32,000 bases of DNA, from the NCBI RefSeq assembly GCF_000010065.1, contig NC_006576.1, positions 150,001 through 182,000 of the forward strand, in the 5' to 3' direction. Both the position numbers and the translations under genes were made by a program. This document shows positions 18,423 to 25,493 of this stretch, in pieces; within the stretch, counting starts at the first letter, position 1; each line of letters begins with the position of its first letter. The notes below the pieces were generated by a model. That model had not been told where the DNA came from. It made no database searches and saw nothing but the letters and a program-made list of their open reading frames with translations. This stretch comes from Synechococcus elongatus PCC 6301. GTDB taxonomy: Bacteria; Cyanobacteriota; Cyanobacteriia; Synechococcales; Synechococcaceae.

Positions 18423-19544
18423 TTGATTGGTCATACGCTGAGGAGACGCCAGTTTTTGCAGGGACTTTGTGGTGCGTCTGCAGTTCTACTCGCCCAGCAA
18501 GTCCAAGCTGCACCGGCAAGATTGCGATCGCTGGCAGAGTTAGCACAACAGCGATCGCTCCTGCGGGGATCTGCCATTACGACTGACATGTTGGCCATTC
18601 CAGACTTAGCAGCACTCTATCGTCAGCAAACGAGTCTCTTGGTGCCGGAATGGGAAATGAAGTGGGAGGTGTTGCAACCGAGCCCCGATCGCTTTGACTT
18701 TAGCCGCTCGGATCGCTTACTCGCTTTTGCGCAGTCCTATCAAGCCCAGTTGCGCGGTCACACGTTGCTCTGGCATCAGCAATTGCCGCAGTGGCTAGCA
18801 TCCTTGACAGCGGCTGAGACAGCAACAGCCCTGCAACGCTATATCACCACCGTTGTTGGTCACTATCGCGGTCACCTGCAATCTTGGGATGTGATTAACG
18901 AACCGATCGCCGAAAATGGACAAGGACTCCGTCCCAATCTTTGGTTACGGCAGCTAGGGCCTAGTTATTTAGAGAAGAGCCTGCGCTGGGCAAGAGCGGT
19001 CGACCCGACAGTTCCCTTGGTCATTAATGACTTCGGTCTGGAACCTGATAGCCCCCTCGCGACTCGTAAACGTCTGCAGCTACTGCGTCTCGTTCAGGAA
19101 TTGCGCGATCGCGATACTCCCCTTCAGGCGATCGGGTTCCAAGCTCACTTGGTCGCTAACCCCCAAGCACCTCCCAGCTTCACTGGTTTTGCTGAGTTTT
19201 TAGCGGACTTGAGTCGCTTTGATCTCGACTTCTACATTACAGAATTAGACGTCAATGATCAGGCTTTACCGGCCAATAATGCTGAGCGCGATCGCGAAGT
19301 TGCCCAGACCTATCAGCGTTTCTTGAGTGCAGTTCTACCGCTTCCTCGCCTCAAGTTAGTGACCACTTGGGGGCTCAGCGATCGCTTCACTTGGCTTAAT
19401 CAGTTTGCACCTCGGGCAGATGGACTACCTCAGCGTCCACTCCCGTTTGATTCCGTTTTTCAACCCACTGAGACCTATGGCAACCTCATCACCCTCCTCC
19501 AATCAGTTTCAAACGGACCCAACAGCAGCACCTCAACGCAGTAG
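18423..19544 (+). CDS. Glycoside hydrolase family 10 (endo-beta-1,4-xylanase/glucanase type) with a Tat signal peptide
   Basis: The start is TTG, with AGGAG 13 nt upstream. The twin-arginine leader is LRRRQFLQGLCGASAVLLAQQVQA. The GH10 acid/base Glu lies in SWDVINEP and the nucleophile Glu in FYITELDV. Confidence 0.85.
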   Translation: MIGHTLRRRQFLQGLCGASAVLLAQQVQAAPARLRSLAELAQQRSLLRGSAITTDMLAIPDLAALYRQQTSLLVPEWEMKWEVLQPSPDRFDFSRSDRLLAFAQSYQAQLRGHTLLWHQQLPQWLASLTAAETATALQRYITTVVGHYRGHLQSWDVINEPIAENGQGLRPNLWLRQLGPSYLEKSLRWARAVDPTVPLVINDFGLEPDSPLATRKRLQLLRLVQELRDRDTPLQAIGFQAHLVANPQAPPSFTGFAEFLADLSRFDLDFYITELDVNDQALPANNAERDREVAQTYQRFLSAVLPLPRLKLVTTWGLSDRFTWLNQFAPRADGLPQRPLPFDSVFQPTETYGNLITLLQSVSNGPNSSTSTQ

Positions 19545-20712
19545 CGCTGCTAATTTTGTGGTGATCAGCCTAGGCATCTTGATTCTGCTCAGTGGTGTTG
19601 GCTTACTGTTTTACACCTTGGCAACCACTCGTGGTCGAGATGCAATTGTCAACGCCAAAGTTATCACTTTGCAAGCCCCTGATGATGGGATTGTGACCGA
19701 TTTTCAGATACGACCGGGCGAAGAAATTCCTGCTAATCAACCCCTTCTAAGGATTGAGAATCCTCGCACAAGTACATTTGAGCAAGCACGCTTACAGACT
19801 CAGCTCGATACTGAGCAGCAAAAACTAAAATTACAGCAAGATCAGTTGAGCAATATCTCACAACTTCGCCAACAGGTCGAGCGTGATAACCGCAATCAAC
19901 GGCAACTCGAAATCAATAAGTTCACAGCGCAACGCCGCAAGTTGCAGGCTGATATTAATGCAGCTCGTGGGCAATTGGCATTAGCGAAACGAATTTATGA
20001 ACGCCGCCGCGACCTAGCTACCACAGGAGCTATCGCGATCGAAGTGGCTGATCAAGCAGAGACAGACTATTTACGGCAACAGGATGCTCTCACAGCCCTA
20101 ACGAAAGAGCTGACCAGTCGGGAACAAGATTTAAAAGCAGCCCAATTGGGGCTAACTTTAATTAATTCCCGCACCAACTATGATCCGAGTGTTCGTCTAC
20201 AGGAATTAAAGATTCAAGAAACGCAGCTACGATCGCAGGTCGCAGCACAGACAGCCCAAGTCAATGGTCTAAAAAATCAGTTACAGGAAATTACGCGTAA
20301 CACGCGATCGCGCCAGAATATTCCGCTTTCAAGTCCTGTTCCTACTGTTTTATGGCAGTCCTCAGTCAGTAATGGAGACGTTGTCACACGAGGACAACCA
20401 CTCGCAAAAACCATTGACTGTCGCGACCGTTGGATCGATGTCTACATCGGTGAAACGGCTTTACGCCAAGTCCGAATTGGTGAGTCTGCTCGCATTGATT
20501 TGATTGGCAAAGATCAATCAATAACAGGCAAGGTTGCATTTATTCGTTCTGGGGTTGGTCGTCTACGTATTGGTGAAGATGTGCTGCCACTTGTACCGAT
20601 TAATTTAGCGCGGGAAAGCCAGGTGAGAATTCAGTTAGATCCTGATAACGTTCAAGCTGCTGAATTTTGCTATGTGGGATTTACAGGTCGTGTTACTTTC
20701 CAAAATTTTTAA
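19477..20712 (+). CDS. HlyD-family periplasmic adaptor (membrane fusion protein)
   Basis: It has a single N-terminal TM (FVVISLGILILLSGVGLLFYTL), a lipoyl-like segment (VTDFQIRPGEEIPANQPLLRIEN), a long coiled coil of about 200 aa, and a beta-barrel tail. The ATG at 19477 overlaps the GH10 gene by 68 nt. An in-frame GTG at 19558 is an alternative start. Confidence 0.8.
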   Translation: MATSSPSSNQFQTDPTAAPQRSSAANFVVISLGILILLSGVGLLFYTLATTRGRDAIVNAKVITLQAPDDGIVTDFQIRPGEEIPANQPLLRIENPRTSTFEQARLQTQLDTEQQKLKLQQDQLSNISQLRQQVERDNRNQRQLEINKFTAQRRKLQADINAARGQLALAKRIYERRRDLATTGAIAIEVADQAETDYLRQQDALTALTKELTSREQDLKAAQLGLTLINSRTNYDPSVRLQELKIQETQLRSQVAAQTAQVNGLKNQLQEITRNTRSRQNIPLSSPVPTVLWQSSVSNGDVVTRGQPLAKTIDCRDRWIDVYIGETALRQVRIGESARIDLIGKDQSITGKVAFIRSGVGRLRIGEDVLPLVPINLARESQVRIQLDPDNVQAAEFCYVGFTGRVTFQNF

Positions 20713-20729
20713 GAGTTGTTAATTGCTTC

Positions 20730-22952
20730 ATGCGTTTCCCCAACTTTCTACAGCGATCGCCCCAGTCCAACCTAGCTCCGAGTCAGGTTTCACCTGGAGC
20801 ATGGCTATTTTTAGCTATCAGCATCGCTGTTTTAGTTTTTGCCTTACTGAGTCTGAATTTAAGTTGGCTGCAAAATCTGCCAGGCTATCTGAATCCTCAA
20901 AACGTACGGGATCTACCAGAATCTCTGAGCTTCCCAGAGGATCCACGGCAGCTGTTTCAGCCCCTATTACTAGTAGCCGGTCTACTGCTGTCATTAAGGA
21001 TATTGCCTCACCATCCTATTAGTCATCTGCTAGTATTGTTAACCCTCTTGCTCTATGGGATTCGCTACTTCACGTGGCGTTTATTCGCTCTGAATAATGG
21101 ACATATTTTTAGTTTAACCTTAAGCATTATTTTTCTTTTGACGGAAAGCCTTTATGTCTTAAGCTTCTTGATGCAATTCTATCCAACTCTAGTGTTTGAT
21201 CCCAAGCGGCGATCGCGGCAGGCTGACCAGCAAGAAGCTTTACTCAGCAAGTTTTCGCCCAGTGTCGCCATTTGGATTCCGATTTACAACGAGCATCCAA
21301 GAATCATTCGGCGTACAATTCTTGCTTGCCAACTGATCGATTATGAGAATAAAGAAATTTATGTTCTCGATGATGGTCATCGATCTGAAATTCGAGCGAT
21401 CGCTACAGAATTAGGTGTCCATTACCTCAGTCGTCCAGATAATACCCATCGCAAGGCAGGCAATCTGAACTATGCTCTTAATCATACAAATAGTGACTTA
21501 ATTGCTGTATTTGATTGCGACTTCTTGCCATTCAATAATTTTCTAAAGCGGACCGTTGGTTTCTTTGCCAACGAAGAGATTGCACTTGTCCAAACTCCGC
21601 AGCACTACTACAACAGTGACTTCCATACTCGTAATTTAGGTCTAGATTATGTGTTGCCCAATGATATGGATTATTTCTTTCACTATATCCAGCCAATACG
21701 AGATCAATTTAACTCCGTCATCTGTTGTGGAACTTCATACGTCGCTCGTCGCTCAGCTCTGGAGGATGTGGGTGGCTACTACACTGATTGCATTGTTGAA
21801 GATTTCCAAACGGGCACTAAATTACTCCTTAATCATTGGCGAGTTGTTTACCTCAATGAAGTGCTCAGTATTGGTGAAGTCCCGCGTCACTTATCTGAAT
21901 ATTTGCAGCAGCGTCTTCGCTGGATGCAGGGAAATATTCAACTTTACTGCAGTCATAAACAGTTGCCCATTTGGTCTGGTCGACTCACCACTTGGCAACG
22001 TCTTTTCTATCTAAGTATATTGATCTACTGCCTCACACCATTCATGCGTGCAATTTATATCCTCTTGCCACTGCTGAGTTTTCTTTTTGGCTTCACATTG
22101 ATTGCTGCACCCCCAATTGAATATTTCTATTATGGATTGCCTTTTATATTATTGATTTATGGCGCTACAAGCTGGTTGACCTACAATCACTATTTTCTTT
22201 ACTGGACTGAGATTTATGAGTCAATTATGTGTTGGCCTAGCCTTCAACGAATCATACAAGTCTTATTTAACCCTTTTGGAAACTTTGGCTCCTTGGTAAC
22301 TGCCAAAGGAGAATTAGATGATCGCAAACGCTTTAACTTAAAAATTTCTTGGCCTTTCATTGCTTATTTAAGCTTATTTGGCTTAGGTTTCTGTCTGCGC
22401 TATGTAGCTCCGTTGCTCTCTCCTTATTTTGTGCGACCCTCCTTTGAAGGAGAAGCCTTAATGATGATCTGGAATTTCTATAATGCAATGCTAATGTCAA
22501 TTTGCTTATTTGCTTGTGTTGATCAACCTATCCGTCGTCGTTTTGAACGCTATCCTTACCAAGCTGTCGCTTGTCTTGAAGTCAACGGTCATAAGTTCTG
22601 GGGCATGACTCAAGATCTCTCTGAAGGAGGAGCTAGTTTTATCCTGCGTAATGAGCAAGAGCTCCAACTGATTGACGAGCAAGCTGAACTAGTTTTACTT
22701 CAAGAAGACTTGCGTATTCCTGTCAATGTCCTTCGTATGAGCCGTGAAGCGTTCAACGGTCATAGCCAAGTAGGCTTGGAATTTCAGCTCTCTGATACGG
22801 CTGCTGAAAAAACACTGATTCGCCTCCTATATGTGGACTCAAGCCTGTGGTGGCAGCAGATTCGCCGCTCCAGTGCGATCGATGCTTTTCTAGTGCTGAT
22901 TCGGTCCGCCCTCAATCCACGAGCGCTTTTAACGCGCTACAACAATGGTTAA
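20730..22952 (+). CDS. Cellulose-synthase-like family-2 glycosyltransferase with a C-terminal PilZ domain (BcsA/XcsA-like)
   Basis: BcsA-type motifs are present: IPIYNE, VLDDG, HRKAGNLN, FDCDF, QTPQHYYN, IVEDFQTG and QQRLRWMQG (QxxRW). There are multiple TM helices on both sides of the catalytic domain. The PilZ motifs are RRRFER (22533-22550) and DLSEGG (22614-22631). I prefer the ATG at 20730, 17 nt after the HlyD stop. Confidence 0.88.
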   Translation: MRFPNFLQRSPQSNLAPSQVSPGAWLFLAISIAVLVFALLSLNLSWLQNLPGYLNPQNVRDLPESLSFPEDPRQLFQPLLLVAGLLLSLRILPHHPISHLLVLLTLLLYGIRYFTWRLFALNNGHIFSLTLSIIFLLTESLYVLSFLMQFYPTLVFDPKRRSRQADQQEALLSKFSPSVAIWIPIYNEHPRIIRRTILACQLIDYENKEIYVLDDGHRSEIRAIATELGVHYLSRPDNTHRKAGNLNYALNHTNSDLIAVFDCDFLPFNNFLKRTVGFFANEEIALVQTPQHYYNSDFHTRNLGLDYVLPNDMDYFFHYIQPIRDQFNSVICCGTSYVARRSALEDVGGYYTDCIVEDFQTGTKLLLNHWRVVYLNEVLSIGEVPRHLSEYLQQRLRWMQGNIQLYCSHKQLPIWSGRLTTWQRLFYLSILIYCLTPFMRAIYILLPLLSFLFGFTLIAAPPIEYFYYGLPFILLIYGATSWLTYNHYFLYWTEIYESIMCWPSLQRIIQVLFNPFGNFGSLVTAKGELDDRKRFNLKISWPFIAYLSLFGLGFCLRYVAPLLSPYFVRPSFEGEALMMIWNFYNAMLMSICLFACVDQPIRRRFERYPYQAVACLEVNGHKFWGMTQDLSEGGASFILRNEQELQLIDEQAELVLLQEDLRIPVNVLRMSREAFNGHSQVGLEFQLSDTAAEKTLIRLLYVDSSLWWQQIRRSSAIDAFLVLIRSALNPRALLTRYNNG

Positions 22953-23220
22953 GGCTGTAGCTTTCCCTACCGTTGCGATCGTAGCTGAGCCCCTAGTTCA
23001 AAAGGCAGTGCATCCAATTGCAGCAGTTACGTGCGTTCTATGGAGCCATCACAGTGACCCCTCTGATACCTAAGTTGGCAACCAGTATCAATGTTTGCTC
23101 CATTGAGTTGGCTGTATGCGAGGGATTGACTGGAAGTAGTCTTCGCTACAGGGATTTGCGATCTCCCTTGCTAAGGTAATGACCATCAAAACTTTATAAA
23201 AACCCCCTAGAGGCAGCAAT

Positions 23221-23254
23221 GCCCTGGTAGAGCTCTACCAGGGCGCTATTTTTT
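23221..23254. terminator. Bidirectional rho-independent terminator between the convergent synthase and repeat-protein genes
   Basis: There is a perfect 12-bp palindromic stem: GCCCTGGTAGAG pairs with CTCTACCAGGGC (23221-23244). TATTTTTT follows on the + strand and an A-run (AAAAACCCCC) lies upstream for the - strand. Confidence 0.7.
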
Positions 23255-23279
23255 CGCTAACTCAGACTTAAACTCAGCC

Positions 23280-24608
23280 TTAGCCAAAGAGCTTGCGGAA
23301 AAATCCCTTAATTTTGCGAAGCAACCGCCCAAAGAAACTGGGGCTAGGGGACTCACTGGCCAGCTGTAACGAACTTTGGCTTTGAACCTCTGCCGGCTTC
23401 AGCTTCTCAGCAACAGACTGCGAGGCAACGACTGCGGCTTCGAGCTTCTCTTGTGCCCCTTTGAGGCTGTCAGCTGCAGTTGAAACCGCCTCGGGCGCCT
23501 GCTCAAGCTGTTCACTGACCGTATTAGCAGTATCCTGGACGTCGCTCTGAGCGCTCTTTGTCAGATTGCCGAGTTCTTCTTGCCGAGCGTTGGTAAAAGT
23601 TGACAGCTTTTCCTGGGCACTAGCAGCAAACTCAGACGCATCTTCCTGGAGATTGCTGAGTTTTTCTGCCGCTGATTCGCCAAGTTCTCCGAAGCGATCG
23701 CTAACGGCTTCACCGAAACTGGCAGCTTTACCCTGAGTCGTTTCCACAATCTCGCTCAGTTTTTCCTGACTTGCCTCTGCAAAGTCACCAAACTTCTCCT
23801 TCGCTCCGGCTGCAAGCTCAGACGCACCTTCCTGGAGATTGCCGAGTTTTTCTGCCGCTGAGCCACGCAGCCCTTCGACGCGATCGCTCACAGCTTCACC
23901 GAAACTGGCAGCTTTACCCTGAGTCGTTTCCACAATCTCGCTCAGTTTTTCCTGACTTGCCTCTGCAAAGTCACCAAACTTCTCCTTCGCTCCGGCTGCA
24001 AGCTCAGACGCACCTTCCTGGAGATTGCCGAGTTTTTCTGCCGCTGAGCCACGCAGCCCTTCGACGCGATCGCTCACAGCTTCACCGAAACTGGCGGCTT
24101 TATCCTGAGTCGTTTCCGCAATCTCACTCAGTTTTTCCTGACTTGCTTCTGCAAAGTCACCAAATTTCTCCTTCGCTCCGGCTGCAAATCCTGCAGCGCC
24201 CTCTTGCAAGTTGCCGAAGCTTTCAGTTGCTGATTCGCCGAGTTCTCCGAAGCGATCGCTAACGGCTTCACCAAAACTGGCAGCCTTCCCCTGAGCGCTG
24301 GTCAATAACTGACCTAAGTCATCTTTATGCGCTTCGGCAAAGTTGCCAAACTTTTCCTTAGTCTCAGCCGCTAGTTCTGTAGCACTTTCCTGCAAGTTGC
24401 TCAGACCCTCGGTAGCGGCAGATCCAAGCTCAGTAGCCTTGTCGGTTACGGACTTAAAAATAGTGGTGAAGGGGTTGCCAGAATCATCAGCAGGATTAGG
24501 CTCAGCTGAAGCTTCCGGAGAAAGTTCAGCTAAAAGTCCATCCAACACCTCATCTGCTGGAGTTGAAGGCGTACTCTCTGGACTGTTGGGCGTTTTGTCG
24601 TTACTCAT
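23280..24608 (-). CDS. Repeat protein: acidic disordered N-terminus, about five 62-aa helical repeats, and a basic amphipathic C-terminal helix
   Basis: I prefer the ATG at 24608 (MSNDKTPNS), which has GAGGGA about 7 nt upstream. The repeat unit is KAASFGEAVSDRxxxLxxSAxExxGNLQEGAxxxAAGAKEKFGDFAEASQEKLSEIxETTQ. The C-terminus is FFGRLLRKIKGFFRKLFG. I recognise no enzymatic motif. Confidence 0.75.
   Translation of the reverse strand: MSNDKTPNSPESTPSTPADEVLDGLLAELSPEASAEPNPADDSGNPFTTIFKSVTDKATELGSAATEGLSNLQESATELAAETKEKFGNFAEAHKDDLGQLLTSAQGKAASFGEAVSDRFGELGESATESFGNLQEGAAGFAAGAKEKFGDFAEASQEKLSEIAETTQDKAASFGEAVSDRVEGLRGSAAEKLGNLQEGASELAAGAKEKFGDFAEASQEKLSEIVETTQGKAASFGEAVSDRVEGLRGSAAEKLGNLQEGASELAAGAKEKFGDFAEASQEKLSEIVETTQGKAASFGEAVSDRFGELGESAAEKLSNLQEDASEFAASAQEKLSTFTNARQEELGNLTKSAQSDVQDTANTVSEQLEQAPEAVSTAADSLKGAQEKLEAAVVASQSVAEKLKPAEVQSQSSLQLASESPSPSFFGRLLRKIKGFFRKLFG
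23521..24450 (-). repeat. In-frame tandem repeat array with a 186-bp period, about 5 copies
   Basis: The anchor GCTTCACC recurs at 23707, 23893, 24079 and 24265. Copies 23707-23892 and 23893-24078 are identical by eye over all 186 nt. The flanking copies are progressively diverged. The outer boundaries are approximate. Confidence 0.85.
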
Positions 24609-24798
24609 GTAGCTTCCCTCTACAGAACACCGCGGCCCAGCGACAGGCATTGCTCAAATTTTGGCGATATTTCGCTGATCTGGCCACAATTGCAAAGTTT
24701 CATTGACGATCGCGGACCCATCGCAGTTCTGAAAGTGCGCTGGTCACAACCTCAGGGGTTAGCTAGCGTAGAGAGAACACGTCGGCGATCGCAACTGC

Positions 24799-25056
24799 AT
24801 GGAAGCCCTCTTTGTCGCCATTGCGATGATTCTGAGCTGGGTCTTAATTCTGATGACAGTTTGGAGTCTGCTTAGCGCAGCTCGCGATGCGATCCGTCAA
24901 GCACGACGCATGTACGCGATTCCCTGTCCACGCTGCCGGTTTTTCAGTAACAACACCCACCTCAAATGCTGTGTGCATCCTCACATTGCCATGACGGAGG
25001 CGGCGACTGACTGTCGCGATTTTGAGCCACTCACTAAGCCGATGCGCCTGTCTTAA
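24799..25056 (+). CDS. Small hypothetical protein with one TM helix and a Cys-rich tail
   Basis: This is an 85-aa ORF. The TM is EALFVAIAMILSWVLILMTVWSLLSAA. It is followed by CPRCRFF...LKCCVHPH...TDC. Coding status is inferred from ORF length and the TM and Cys pattern only. Confidence 0.45.
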   Translation: MEALFVAIAMILSWVLILMTVWSLLSAARDAIRQARRMYAIPCPRCRFFSNNTHLKCCVHPHIAMTEAATDCRDFEPLTKPMRLS

Positions 25057-25073
25057 TTCAGCGTGAACTCTTG

Positions 25074-25493
25074 CTAGGGAAGGGCTTCAGCAGGGCAATA
25101 GCGGCGCATGAGATCACTGACCCAAACAGGACGTTGTTGATCGGCCAAACTGATGGCCGTTCCCAAACCTGCTCGCGGCGTGCGTTGCTGCAGGAGATCA
25201 TCCACCTCATTGACACGTTCAAGCCCCAGAAAAGATTGGCGGGGATTCTGGCGATCGCACTCACCATAGATATCCACTAATAGATAACGACTACTGGTTT
25301 TCGGATCATCAATCCGAACCTGGCCCCGAATCAGGGTTTTGGTGGCGGTGGCAGCATCTAAGGTTGGTTCCGCCAGCAGAGCAACTCGGCGATCGGCATA
25401 GACCCCTAGTTCTAAATTGTTCGGAGCCGAAGTTTGGCGATTACAGGCGACCAGTACAACCGCTAACAACCCCACAGCGATCGCCTTAATCAC
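25074..25493 (-). CDS. Hypothetical lipoprotein
   Basis: The start is GTG. The signal and lipobox are MIKAIAVGLLAVVLVAC-N. The start overlaps the stop of the upstream M61 gene in a GTGA arrangement (25490-25493), which implies translational coupling. Confidence 0.55.
   Translation of the reverse strand: MIKAIAVGLLAVVLVACNRQTSAPNNLELGVYADRRVALLAEPTLDAATATKTLIRGQVRIDDPKTSSRYLLVDIYGECDRQNPRQSFLGLERVNEVDDLLQQRTPRAGLGTAISLADQQRPVWVSDLMRRYCPAEALP

Noticed and set aside
22953-23220. About 270 bp of non-coding DNA lies between the synthase stop and the shared terminator. It was considered as a possible sRNA or 3' UTR element.
   Set aside because: I found only short 4-5-bp stems (for example AGGGA...TCCCT near 23141-23159) and no promoter-like element or conserved motif that I can recognise. 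RNA-seq would be needed.
23771-24262. A 163-aa plus-strand ORF has its own internal repeats (PLQSHQTSPSLRLQAQTHLPGDCRVFLPLSHAALRRDRSQLHRNW repeated).
   Set aside because: It is the antisense reading of the 186-bp tandem array, so its repeat structure is inherited from the minus-strand gene. The minus-strand frame spans the whole 1.3-kb ORF with a plausible start and Shine-Dalgarno sequence, and the terminator lies on that side.
23521-24450. The regularly spaced direct repeats were considered as a possible CRISPR array.
   Set aside because: The repeats are contiguous with a 186-bp period and have no unique spacers. They are in-frame within a long ORF and there are no cas genes in the window.
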